A DNA stretch of 64,000 bases, from assembly GCA_963614595.1 (NCBI GenBank), contig CAVECL010000001.1, positions 60,407 to 124,406 on the forward strand. The letters run 5' to 3'. A program made the translations under genes and the position numbers. Positions 18,586-27,633 of this stretch are shown here, piece by piece. Source of the stretch: Parasutterella excrementihominis (GTDB taxonomy: Bacteria; Bacillota_I; Bacilli_A; RFN20; CAG-826). Below the pieces are notes generated by a model, which did not search any database, was not told the origin of the DNA, and saw only the letters and a list, made by a program, of their open reading frames with translations. Position 1 is the first letter of the stretch. Each line of letters starts with the position of its first letter.

Positions 18586-20565
18586 TCAGGCCTTCCTTTC
18601 CTTGGGGAGAGTTATCTTCACCTTCGTTCCCTCATTAATCCCGCTTTTCACTTCCACCTTGGCGTTGAGCAGCAAAGCGAACCTCTCCCGCGCGTTCTTG
18701 ATGCCTGAGGAATTCTCTTTGACCTGCTTCGAGTCGAAGCCGACTCCGTTGTCGCTGATTTCCACATAGATTGAGGTTTCGTCCTGGTAGGTCGATATCT
18801 CGATGCGCCCGCCTTCTTTCTCGTTCACCTTGCTGTATTTGATCGCGTTCTCGACGAAGGGCTCGATCGAGAGGACGGGCACTTCGAAGTCTTGGACGTC
18901 GATGTCGTAGAGGACTTCGAATCGCTTCTCCGTCCTTAGGTTTTTAAGCTCCACGAAATTATAGACGTTGTCGAGCTCCTTCTCGAAGGAAATGAGGTTC
19001 GAGGCGGAGACGTCGACGGCGTAGCGGAGGTAATCGGCGAGCAAAGACACCGCCCGGTCGCCCGTCCCTTCGTCTTGGTGGTAGAGGGCCTTGATCGTCC
19101 CCAGGCAATTGAAGACGAAATGGGGCTTGATCTGGTCGCGCAGGACCAAAAGCCTCAAATCCTTGTTCTGCAGCTCGGACTTCAGCTCGTTCATCGCGTG
19201 GCGGTAGGTCCTCACGATGAAGGCGACGTAAATCGCAAGGAACAAAACGATGACGAGGAAAAGATAGGCCAGCAATATCTTGGATGAGGAGAGAGGGAAG
19301 AGACTAGAACAAGAAGAGACGATGCATAGTTCCATCCCCAGGACGGAATAGAAGACGCATTTGGTGAAAACCCCCGTAATGTCGAGCTGATTCTTGAGCT
19401 TGGAGAAGTAGCTGATCTTGATTAGCAGATAGATATATACGAGAGCGTAAACCCCATAAGCGACAATCGGCAGCCTCAAGGGGATCAAAGAGGCGTAAAG
19501 AATGGTGGCAAGCCCCGCGAAAGCCACCCCCAGTGCAACCAGTTTTGTTGGGAGCTTCGATCGATAGGTGTATTGAAAGAACTGGAGGATGGAAAGAAGG
19601 AAGAGGCAGAAGAAAAGGAACCCGATAATCCCGAAAATGAAGGGGGGCAAGTAACAGCCGAAACTCATAAGGATGGAATTCATCAGGGGCGAGAAGAGCG
19701 CCATAAAGAAGAGGGATCCCGCCATGTTCACCGTGTAGATCGTGGAGTCGTAGATCCTGAAATAAGAGACGAGTTCCACCACGAATAAAGCCAAGTAGCA
19801 GACGAGGACGATATAAGAGAGCGAAGTAACCACGTTTTGCTCCGAATCATGGTAGGAGACGTTATAGAACTTCGGCGCGAAGGAGAGTCCTCCCACGAAG
19901 TTATATCCTACTTCGATGATCACATTAGCCTTCCCGCTTTTCTTTGCTTCATAGACCTCATCGGTTTGGTAGGAAAAGCCCGGGGAGCTTTCGGAGAAAC
20001 TCTTCCCCACCGTTCCTGCCCCGGCGATTTTCTCTCCTTCGACATAGACGGCGAAGGCGACGTCGACAGGCTCTTTTTTGAAAGTGATCTTCGTTCCAGC
20101 GGAAAGCTCGATTTGGGTGAGATAAGAAGCATATCCATAGAAAGGGAGGCTGCCACCGCTTTTCTCCTTTACCCCAAACCAGGTATGGGGCAAAGCGATC
20201 TCTGAATCAGGCTCCCTTTTCGATAGGTCGACCTGATCGCTCACTAGAAGCGTGTTGTAGTAAAGCCCATAAACACCAGTCGAGCTCTTTATGATCGTCT
20301 CTTCTTCGCTCGGGCGAGCGTTATCCGCAAAGGAGGAAATTAGAGCTGAAAAAGCCCCTCCAGCGAAAAGGAGGGCGTAAAGAGTGATGCGCAGAATTAT
20401 GGATGTGAGCTTAGCCGGGCTCTTCGATGGTCCGCCTTTCCTTTTCCCGAGCTTAGCAGCGTTAGCCTCCTCAAGCTCGCCGTTGCTCGTTTTGGGAAAT
20501 GCCCTTTTCATAGGATAATTATACCAAAAAACATCGATGAAATATACGTTTTCCGCGTATACCAT
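18586..20565 (-). CDS. sensor histidine kinase with 7TM-receptor architecture: ~200-aa extracellular domain, 7 TM helices, His_kinase (LytS/YesM-type), HATPase_c
   Basis: FVFNCLGTIKAL (H-box region of PF06580-type kinases) and ENAIKYS...ISDNGVGF (N and G1 boxes). One TM helix precedes the extracellular domain and 7 TM helices follow it. AGGAAA Shine-Dalgarno 7 nt upstream of ATG 20565. Confidence 0.8.
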   Translation of the reverse strand: MVYAENVYFIDVFWYNYPMKRAFPKTSNGELEEANAAKLGKRKGGPSKSPAKLTSIILRITLYALLFAGGAFSALISSFADNARPSEEETIIKSSTGVYGLYYNTLLVSDQVDLSKREPDSEIALPHTWFGVKEKSGGSLPFYGYASYLTQIELSAGTKITFKKEPVDVAFAVYVEGEKIAGAGTVGKSFSESSPGFSYQTDEVYEAKKSGKANVIIEVGYNFVGGLSFAPKFYNVSYHDSEQNVVTSLSYIVLVCYLALFVVELVSYFRIYDSTIYTVNMAGSLFFMALFSPLMNSILMSFGCYLPPFIFGIIGFLFFCLFLLSILQFFQYTYRSKLPTKLVALGVAFAGLATILYASLIPLRLPIVAYGVYALVYIYLLIKISYFSKLKNQLDITGVFTKCVFYSVLGMELCIVSSCSSLFPLSSSKILLAYLFLVIVLFLAIYVAFIVRTYRHAMNELKSELQNKDLRLLVLRDQIKPHFVFNCLGTIKALYHQDEGTGDRAVSLLADYLRYAVDVSASNLISFEKELDNVYNFVELKNLRTEKRFEVLYDIDVQDFEVPVLSIEPFVENAIKYSKVNEKEGGRIEISTYQDETSIYVEISDNGVGFDSKQVKENSSGIKNARERFALLLNAKVEVKSGINEGTKVKITLPKERKA

Positions 20566-20630
20566 ACCGATGTTTCCTGCTATTTCAAGAACGGGTTAAA
20601 GGCTCGTTATGGGGCTCGTTTCTGAGCCCG

Positions 20631-20669
20631 CAAAAGAAAAAAGACCCATCTGTTCGGGATAGGTCTTTT
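20631..20669 (-). terminator. Rho-independent terminator of the rpsF-ssb-rpsR operon
   Basis: On the minus strand AGACCUAUC-CCGAACA-GAUGGGUCU forms a 9-bp stem and is followed by UUUUUCUUUU. Confidence 0.6.
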
Positions 20670-20756
20670 CTGTCTAAGATTATCGAATCGTCGCGCGGAC
20701 GCCGTCTCTGTGCGATTCAGCGACGTTAGGTCCCTGCGACCACAAATTGGCTAATC

Positions 20757-20981
20757 TTACTTAACGTCAGGCAGAAGGCCCATGAAACGAGCTTTCTTGA
20801 TGGCGCTAGCAAGCTGGCGCTGGTACTTCGCGCTGGTGCCGGTGATGGCACGAGGAAGAATCTTACCGTCAGCACCGATGAATCTGCCGAGCAATTCGGC
20901 ATCCTTGTAATCGATGTAGTCGATGTGGTTCTTCGTGAAATAGCAGGCCTTCCTGCGGGAACGCATCTTGCGGAATGGCAT
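20757..20981 (-). CDS. rpsR: 30S ribosomal protein S18
   Basis: [19 protein letters not shown]...LPDVK is canonical S18. Confidence 0.92.
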   Translation of the reverse strand: MPFRKMRSRRKACYFTKNHIDYIDYKDAELLGRFIGADGKILPRAITGTSAKYQRQLASAIKKARFMGLLPDVK

Positions 20982-21006
20982 TTTCTAATTTCCTTTCTAC
21001 GAGAAT

Positions 21007-21465
21007 TTAGAAGGGGAGATCGTCATCGACGACGTCGATGCCGTCCAGGTTCTTGTTCTCGTTTTGGGGATTAACCTGCGGAGCGGGCTCCGATGAGCCC
21101 ATATCCGGGGCATATCCCGAATTGCTGCCTGCGCTGCGCGAAGCATCCTTGGGGTCAAGGAATTCGACAGCTGAGGCGGAGACTTCCGTGGCAGTCACTT
21201 CGACATTGTCACGGCGAGTGTACTTACGTTGCGTTAAACGCCCATTGACGGCGACCAAAGAACCTTTGCGAGTGAACTTGGCGACGTTATCGGCGGACTT
21301 CCCCCACACCGAGATCGGCATGAAGATCGTCACTTTTTCTCCGTTAGGCCCGCGATAAGAATCATCGACGGCGAGGGTGAAGGAAGCCACGCTCATCCCT
21401 GAGCTGGTCTTACGGAGTTCGGGGTCGCGCGTAAGGCGACCAACGAGTACGACACAATTGATCAT
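21007..21465 (-). CDS. ssb: single-stranded DNA-binding protein
   Basis: MINCVVLVGRLTRDPELRKT OB-fold N-terminus. Gly/Ser/Asn-rich tail ending in the acidic DDDLPF. Confidence 0.92.
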   Translation of the reverse strand: MINCVVLVGRLTRDPELRKTSSGMSVASFTLAVDDSYRGPNGEKVTIFMPISVWGKSADNVAKFTRKGSLVAVNGRLTQRKYTRRDNVEVTATEVSASAVEFLDPKDASRSAGSNSGYAPDMGSSEPAPQVNPQNENKNLDGIDVVDDDLPF

Positions 21466-21488
21466 TTCTTGAATCCTCCTGATCTTAG

Positions 21489-21776
21489 TTATTTGTGTTC
21501 GACAGTAACTAGATGACGGATGACGTTGGAATCAAGTTTGACAAGGCGATCAAATTCTTTGAGCGCCGCGGGTTCCGCAGTCACTTTGATGACCACATAG
21601 TAACCTTTGGTGTTGTTTTTGATCGGGCTAGCAAAATCTTTGACGCCCCATTCTTTGACATCGTTGACGGTCGCTTTCTGAGCGGTCAGGATGCCATGGA
21701 GCTTCTCGATCTCGGCCTTACGGGCGTTCTCATCAAGAGTCGCGGTAAGGATGTACATGATTTCGTACTTTCCCAT
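21489..21776 (-). CDS. rpsF: 30S ribosomal protein S6
   Basis: MGKYEIMYIL... is the S6 N-terminus. AGGAGG Shine-Dalgarno 9 nt upstream. The longer six-frame ORF reaching 21899 is an upstream in-frame extension. Confidence 0.9.
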   Translation of the reverse strand: MGKYEIMYILTATLDENARKAEIEKLHGILTAQKATVNDVKEWGVKDFASPIKNNTKGYYVVIKVTAEPAALKEFDRLVKLDSNVIRHLVTVEHK

Positions 21777-21876
21777 GATTGTTGCACCTCCTAATTTCGG
21801 TCTTTGGATCGCATCGATATATCTCGTGCGACCATAAGAGAATGTGTTGCCTTCTTCCTTCTTAGAAGGCACGCGC

Positions 21877-21905
21877 ATTATACGGAAGGGAGGAGCCAAT
21901 TACAA
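21877..21905 (-). promoter_or_regulatory. putative sigma-A promoter of rpsF (TTGTAA -35, 17-nt spacer, TATAAT -10), leaving a ~100-nt leader
   Basis: Minus-strand sequence cTTGTAAttggctcctcccttccgTATAATgcg. The leader could hold the S6:S18 autoregulatory structure known upstream of rpsF in Firmicutes. Confidence 0.4.
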
Positions 21906-21952
21906 GAAACAAAGCTCCATCATCGTAGATGAGGGTTGAACCTTTCCCTCAC

Positions 21953-21986
21953 CCATTAAATAAAGGGGAACTCATTGGAATTCCCC
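21953..21986 (-). terminator. Rho-independent terminator after the acyl-AMP ligase-ACP-thioesterase operon
   Basis: GGGGAAUUCC-aaugag-UUCCCC hairpin on the minus strand, followed by UUUAUUUAAU. Confidence 0.5.
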
Positions 21987-22019
21987 ACTTTGAAGAAAAA
22001 TATTCAAATTTTTTCCATT

Positions 22020-22718
22020 TTACCTTTTGAAGCCAAGACGGATGAAGAACGAGGCGGACGAAAAAACATAAACATTGTCTTCCTCGCCAAAGGAAACGGG
22101 GATTTCCTGCCCAAGAGGAATCTCTTTTTTGTAAGCAACTTCTAGCAAAGAGGGTTCATGAGTTTGTAGGAAGCCCATGGGAATCAGATCCTCCGCTTCA
22201 TCCAAATATGCCGTGTTGTTCATGTGACCATTTAGGTCGCAATCCCTCCATTTCGCCGCAAAAGTGGCTTTTTTTGTTAATTCGAAGCCCTTAAACGGGA
22301 ATTGGAAGCCGACTTCATCGCCTTCCGATTTGCCGTCAATCACGATTCCATGCGCCTCAGGATCGATCATCGAACGGCTCTTCTCATCGATGAGAGTCCA
22401 GGCTGCGCTAGAAGAAACAAGCAATTCGCCCGAAGAGGAATAGATCTTGCAATGGCGAGGAAACAAGAAAGGAATTCTTTCGCCGGGATAAGCAACGATT
22501 TGAACAGACTCGTCATATTCGGGTAGGCGGTTGATGACCAATCTTTGTTTGCCGATAACCCAAAGCAGCCCCCTATCCAAGGTTTTCTCTCGCGGGTAGC
22601 CCAGATTTTCAGTGTCTTCAATTGAAATCTCCTGAAGAAATTTCAAAAGGGAGGAAAGGCGAAGCTTCCTAGTGGGGTCACAATGCTCCGTGAGAATTTT
22701 TATGCTTTTCGATAGCAT
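22020..22718 (-). CDS. acyl-[acyl-carrier-protein] thioesterase (tandem hotdog fold, FatA/B-like, PF01643-type)
   Basis: Length 232 aa. The second hotdog carries DCDLNGHMNNTAYLD, matching the D-x-D-x-N-x-H-V-N-N catalytic signature of acyl-ACP thioesterases. Confidence 0.7.
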   Translation of the reverse strand: MLSKSIKILTEHCDPTRKLRLSSLLKFLQEISIEDTENLGYPREKTLDRGLLWVIGKQRLVINRLPEYDESVQIVAYPGERIPFLFPRHCKIYSSSGELLVSSSAAWTLIDEKSRSMIDPEAHGIVIDGKSEGDEVGFQFPFKGFELTKKATFAAKWRDCDLNGHMNNTAYLDEAEDLIPMGFLQTHEPSLLEVAYKKEIPLGQEIPVSFGEEDNVYVFSSASFFIRLGFKR

Positions 22719-22721
22719 GGG

Positions 22722-22976
22722 TCACTTCTTTTTGGCCAAGCGGAACGAAATCTCGTCAACCAGCGCGGAAAAAGTGGAAAGCTTGGCCCATTTATTTTGG
22801 GGGATTTTTATATCAAAGGCGGACTCGATTTGAGTCATGAGATAAATAAAGGACATTGAGTCAACGCTAGCATCGGTGTTGATGTTGGAAGACTCATTGA
22901 TTTCAACCCCGTCTAAATCCGGCACGCTGCTATGAATAATGCCGATGGCTTTTTCTTTGATCTCTTCGCGGGTCAT
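22722..22976 (-). CDS. acyl carrier protein (dedicated ACP)
   Basis: 84 aa, acidic, with the phosphopantetheine-attachment motif DLDGVE...DASVDSMSFIYL (DSM in place of DSL). Confidence 0.65.
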   Translation of the reverse strand: MTREEIKEKAIGIIHSSVPDLDGVEINESSNINTDASVDSMSFIYLMTQIESAFDIKIPQNKWAKLSTFSALVDEISFRLAKKK

Positions 22977-22995
22977 AGGTTACTCCTTATCTAGT

Positions 22996-24339
22996 TTATA
23001 TCATCTTTTGCAAAGCCCAACGCTTTATTTTCCCTGTTTGGGTGCGCGGCAAAGGCCCAGGGAAATAAAGCACAACCGCAATGCGATTTGAGTAAGGGAC
23101 GGTTTCATTGAAAGCGGTTATAGAAGAGGAATAGTTGTCCTGCAAGGTGGCTTTGCCAAAAGCCAGGACTATTTGCTCCTTGCTGTTTTTCGCAATTGCA
23201 AAATCCTTGTCGCCCCCCAGGAAAGCGGCGAGCTTGCTTTCGTATTCAGGGCAATAGATCTTGGTTCCGTCATCCAAAACGAGAATGTCCTTTTTCCGCC
23301 CTTTGATATGGAGAAGCCCTTCGGAATCGAAATATCCTAAATCGCCCGTAGAAAGAATTCCGTCATGAAGCACTTCTTTTGTGGAAGCATCATCTTTGTA
23401 ATAGCCGTTCATCAAAACGGATTTGCAGTCCAGCAAAATCTCACCATCTGAGTTAAGAGCCACCTTAACGTCAGGGCAAATCGACATGGCCCGCGGGTCT
23501 TTGCCAATCGATAGAGCAACCCCGGAACTCGTTTCCGTTAAGCCATATCCAAAGCAAACTCGTATGCCCTGACTTGAAATCAATTGAAGAACGGAGTCAG
23601 AACAGTCGCCCGCGCCGATAAGAACCAATTTCAATTCAGGATTAAATAAATGTTTTGAGGCAAAGAAAGCCGCCATTTGGGGAACTAAGCTTACCGTGGT
23701 TGGCTTGTAATAGGCAAAATCCCCAAACATTTGTTTAATCCCGCGGCTTAAAGCGACGCAGGCGCCGCAAGAAAGACCCCAAAGTAAGGAGCACACAAAG
23801 CCAAATACGTGGTTGAAGGGCAAGCAAGAATAAAGAACGTCATCCGGGGAAAGGGGCAGTAAAGAAGCTCCATTATAAGCGGACGAACATAAGCTCGCTT
23901 CGCTTAGGCAAACAGCTTTATTGCTGCTCGTCGTGCCCGAAGTAAAAAACAAAATCTTCCCATCCTGCGCTGCTTCTTTGGTGACTAAGGAATCCTCCAG
24001 CGCGTCCTTGAGCTCACGCGGTCCAAGAATAAAATTCACATCGGCGGCTTTGACTTTGCCTTTTAGAGAGTCAAGATCTTCAGAAGGAGAAAGCAGAGCA
24101 ATCTGTCTACGTTTCGAGGCATAGGCGAAGACAGCTAAGATGGATGATAAACTCCCATCCATCAAAATCCCCGCAGTTCCCGTTTCTTTTATGGGGAATG
24201 CATAGATTTTGCGGATTAATTCCGCATAAGTGAGATATTTTTTAACGCCGTTCTCTTCATAAATCAAAGCATGGGAATCCTGCTTTTGGTCAAGCAGCAT
24301 AGCCAAGAATGAAGAATAGCGTTTCCTTAATCCGCCCAT
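22996..24339 (-). CDS. short AMP-dependent ligase (ANL superfamily; acyl-AMP ligase / acyl-ACP synthetase-like)
   Basis: A3 core FFTSGTTSSNKAV, A5 GYGLTETS, A7/A8 STGDLGYFDSEGLLHIKGRKKD, and A10 lysine PRTQTGKIKR. At 447 aa it is shorter than typical acyl-CoA synthetases. Confidence 0.75.
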   Translation of the reverse strand: MGGLRKRYSSFLAMLLDQKQDSHALIYEENGVKKYLTYAELIRKIYAFPIKETGTAGILMDGSLSSILAVFAYASKRRQIALLSPSEDLDSLKGKVKAADVNFILGPRELKDALEDSLVTKEAAQDGKILFFTSGTTSSNKAVCLSEASLCSSAYNGASLLPLSPDDVLYSCLPFNHVFGFVCSLLWGLSCGACVALSRGIKQMFGDFAYYKPTTVSLVPQMAAFFASKHLFNPELKLVLIGAGDCSDSVLQLISSQGIRVCFGYGLTETSSGVALSIGKDPRAMSICPDVKVALNSDGEILLDCKSVLMNGYYKDDASTKEVLHDGILSTGDLGYFDSEGLLHIKGRKKDILVLDDGTKIYCPEYESKLAAFLGGDKDFAIAKNSKEQIVLAFGKATLQDNYSSSITAFNETVPYSNRIAVVLYFPGPLPRTQTGKIKRWALQKMI

Positions 24340-24453
24340 AGAACAATGATATTCGAATTGATATCGCCATATCGGTAATATTATCCCGTTTTACTTTTAT
24401 TCTTTGAATAATGTCTTAAAATAAGACCAAATCTAAAAAGGAGACCATGATAA

Positions 24454-25908
24454 ATGGACAAAAACATCAGAATCGCCATTATCGGTGGCGGCCCAGCCGG
24501 TCTTTCGGCTGGTATGTATCTCGAAAAGAAGGGATACGACAATTACGTCATCTATGAGAGAAGCGGCCGCGTCGGCGGAAAGTGCTTCTCCCCCACCTTC
24601 AACGGCAAGCGTTACGAAATGGGCGCCATTATGGGCGTTCCTTCCTATTATGCCATCTCCGACATCGAGAAATTTGCCGGCGTTGAGCATAAAGGACCAG
24701 TGCTAGCCCGCAACTACAAGTTCCCCGACGGACGTATTGACTACCGTTGGGACACGGCTTCCGCCATGAAGAGCCCCGCCAAATACTTCTTCAAGCATCC
24801 GAAAGCCGCTCTTCACCTTAAAAAACTTCAGAAGCAGATTAAAAAGTTCGGCGAAATCCTCGCCACCACCTATAAAGGCTATGATCTGACCGGCCACATC
24901 GGCGTCAGTGAGGGCCGCTATGAAGGCTACGCCGTCACCCCGGGCCGCGAACCGGTTTCCGGAACCAACCCGAACCTCAAAGATCTTTCGATGCCATTCA
25001 AAGATTTCTGTGAGAAAGTCGGTTGCCCGCTGGTCCAGGAAGTTTGGATTCAGCCCTTCACTTCCTTCGGCTACGGCTTCTTCGACGAAATCCCCGCCGC
25101 TTATGTTCTTAAGTATCTCGATTTCCAGACGATGATGAATTTCGTCAAGATGAACCTCTGGACATGGGAAAACGGCACGCAGTCGATTTTCGAAGCCCTG
25201 AACGATCACTTGAAGCACCCTGCCGTCCTTAATAGCGATGTCACTAAAGTCGTTCGCGGCGACAAAGTCACCCTCACCGTCAACGGCAAAGAAGAAGTCT
25301 TCGACAAGATCATCATCACCTGCCCGATTCAAATCGCAACCGAGAAGAACCCGCTCAACAATCCGAACGCCATCTCACTCGACAAATGGCTCGACGTCAC
25401 CGACGACGAAAAGACGCTCTTCTCCAAAATCGACTATGAACGTTATGACACCCAAGCCTTCCAGGTTGAGCCCGACAAGTATCCGGATGTCTCTTACTAC
25501 ATCGTCGACAATATGGTCCCGGAGAGAATGCCTCACGTCATGATCTACTATCATCGTTGGGCGGATGAACCCGATCAGCCGATCGTGAGCTATACGCTCC
25601 GCCATCACAAAACCTACAACGACGGCAAGGAAATCCCTTACGAAGGAACCGAGAAGATCATCACCGAGGATATGAAACAGCTCGGCGCCCCGATCAGAGT
25701 CGTCGATGGAAAAGAAGCTATTCTTACCCGCTATCAAGCTTATTACTTCCCACACGTCTATTCCGAGGACTACGCCGCAGGATGGTATGAGAAAGTGGAA
25801 GCCATGCAAGGCAAGAACAACACCTTCTACGCCGGCGAAATCATGTCCTATGGCGACATGGACGAGACCTGCGAATACTCGCACGACCTCGTCGAAAGAT
25901 TCTTCTAA
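24454..25908 (+). CDS. FAD-dependent oxidoreductase with amine-oxidase/PPOX-type fold; possibly a polyenoic fatty-acid isomerase-family enzyme
   Basis: N-terminal Rossmann IAIIGGGPAGLSAGMYL...ERSGRVGGKC. 484 aa. Assignment to the PAI-like subfamily rests on recalled similarity and on the divergent lipid genes; not verified. Confidence 0.65.
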   Translation: MDKNIRIAIIGGGPAGLSAGMYLEKKGYDNYVIYERSGRVGGKCFSPTFNGKRYEMGAIMGVPSYYAISDIEKFAGVEHKGPVLARNYKFPDGRIDYRWDTASAMKSPAKYFFKHPKAALHLKKLQKQIKKFGEILATTYKGYDLTGHIGVSEGRYEGYAVTPGREPVSGTNPNLKDLSMPFKDFCEKVGCPLVQEVWIQPFTSFGYGFFDEIPAAYVLKYLDFQTMMNFVKMNLWTWENGTQSIFEALNDHLKHPAVLNSDVTKVVRGDKVTLTVNGKEEVFDKIIITCPIQIATEKNPLNNPNAISLDKWLDVTDDEKTLFSKIDYERYDTQAFQVEPDKYPDVSYYIVDNMVPERMPHVMIYYHRWADEPDQPIVSYTLRHHKTYNDGKEIPYEGTEKIITEDMKQLGAPIRVVDGKEAILTRYQAYYFPHVYSEDYAAGWYEKVEAMQGKNNTFYAGEIMSYGDMDETCEYSHDLVERFF

Positions 25909-26003
25909 TCCGCGCCACAATGAGCTCGCGAAAGCGGGCTCTTTTTCTTTACGAAAAAACCACCTTTTTGCGGTGGTTTAAGTAAAAGCTTTGCAGAAGC
26001 GCC

Positions 26004-27485
26004 TTATTTTTCGTCCTTCATCGTCGGGAAGAGAATGACTTCACGAATGTTATCTTGCTCGCCAAGCAACATGCAAAGACGGTCAATGCCACAGCCGATG
26101 CCGCCTGCCGGGGGCATGCCGTAATCAAGGGCATCAATAAAGGTGAAGTCGATATCGGCGGCTTCCTCATCCCCGCGTTTTCTCGCCTCAAGCTGAGCGT
26201 CGAAACGAGATTTCTGATCGAAGGGGTTGTTGAGCTCGCTATAGGCGTTGCCCATTTCGGTGCCCCCGATGAAGAACTCGAACCTCTCAACAAAGCGCGG
26301 ATCCTTGCTGCGCTTGGTAAGGGGAGAAAGCTCAACGGGATAGGTATGGATGAAGGTCGGCTGGATAAGGGTGCGTTCAACGAACTCATCGAAGAAGGCG
26401 TTCATGATGTAACCGACGCTGTTCCAGCTCTTTTCAAGAGGGACGTGATGCTCTTTGGCGAGTTCCACCGCTTCCTCAAAAGTCATTTCTTTGGTGAAGT
26501 CGACCCCAGTCTTCTCTTGGATGGCTTCCGCCATAGAAACCCAGCGGAATCCTTTTGAGAAATCAATGTCATTGCCCATCCAATGGAAGGTGGTCTTGCC
26601 AAGGGCTTTGCAGAAACGCTCGAAGAGGCCTTCGACCCATTCCTTCATCGAGCGGAGATCGCCATAGGCCTGATAAAGCTCGATGGTCGTGAACTCAGGG
26701 TTGTGCCTGGTGTCAATGCCTTCATTGCGGAAGATGCGTCCGATTTCATAAACGCGGTCAATGCCGCCAACCATGCATTTCTTAAGATTGAGTTCGGTCG
26801 CGATACGAAGGTAAAAGTCTTTGTCCAAGGCATTATGATGGGTCACGAACGGACGAGCGGAAGCGCCTCCAAGAATCGGAGAGAGAACCGGAGTCTCGAC
26901 CTCAACAAAACCAAGGCTGTCGCAATAATGCTGAATTTCTCTAACGATGCGGGGACGAAGAAGAGCCATCTTGCGGGAATCGTCATTGACGATGAGGTCG
27001 ACGTAACGGTGGCGGAAACGATCTTCGGTATCCGTGAGACCATGGAACTTCTCAGGGAGAGGCTTCAAGCATTTCACGATGTGCGTGTATTTAGTGCAGC
27101 GGATGGTGAATTCGCCAGTCTGGGTCTTCATCAAAGTGCCTTGGACGCCAGCGATGTCGCCAAGGTCAGACAATTTGAAGACGGCGTAGTTTTCTTCTCC
27201 GGCGACATCGCGGCCAATCCAAACCTGGATGCGGCCATATTCATCCTTAATATTAAAGAAGGCGGCTTTGCCCATTTTGCGGAGCGAGACAATGCGACCC
27301 GCAATGTCGACGGCAATGTTTTTGCTTTCCAGCTCTTCCGGAGTAAGCTCTCCATACTTTTCGCGGAGATCGCAAATGCGGTCCTTCCAATCGTAACGAG
27401 ACCCAAAAGGATCGATTCCCAATTCCTCATATCGAGGGAGTTTCGCTCGACGCGCCTGCTCTTGATCAGTAAGTTTTTCTTCCAT
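26004..27485 (-). CDS. lysS: lysine--tRNA ligase (class II)
   Basis: N-terminal OB anticodon-binding domain, motif 2 FRNEG, motif 3 GGIGCGIDRLCMLL. Confidence 0.92.
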   Translation of the reverse strand: MEEKLTDQEQARRAKLPRYEELGIDPFGSRYDWKDRICDLREKYGELTPEELESKNIAVDIAGRIVSLRKMGKAAFFNIKDEYGRIQVWIGRDVAGEENYAVFKLSDLGDIAGVQGTLMKTQTGEFTIRCTKYTHIVKCLKPLPEKFHGLTDTEDRFRHRYVDLIVNDDSRKMALLRPRIVREIQHYCDSLGFVEVETPVLSPILGGASARPFVTHHNALDKDFYLRIATELNLKKCMVGGIDRVYEIGRIFRNEGIDTRHNPEFTTIELYQAYGDLRSMKEWVEGLFERFCKALGKTTFHWMGNDIDFSKGFRWVSMAEAIQEKTGVDFTKEMTFEEAVELAKEHHVPLEKSWNSVGYIMNAFFDEFVERTLIQPTFIHTYPVELSPLTKRSKDPRFVERFEFFIGGTEMGNAYSELNNPFDQKSRFDAQLEARKRGDEEAADIDFTFIDALDYGMPPAGGIGCGIDRLCMLLGEQDNIREVILFPTMKDEK

Positions 27486-27633
27486 GCGATTTACCTCTTC
27501 GGTGCGAGAAGTAGTTTATCCCAACTGAGGCGAAAATTAAACGCAAGCGCCCAAACCAACTGAAGATTATTGGCATAAAGACCAGTGTTGCAGTGGCAAG
27601 AAGGAATCTATTAGGCTAGAATTCGGTTCGGCT

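Noticed and set aside
24703-25920. 209-aa and 181-aa minus-strand ORFs
   Set aside because: Antisense to the FAD-oxidoreductase gene.
26583-27563. 326-aa plus-strand ORF
   Set aside because: Antisense to lysS, the class II lysyl-tRNA synthetase with all three motifs. Composition is skewed toward Ala/Arg/Phe, typical of a shadow frame.
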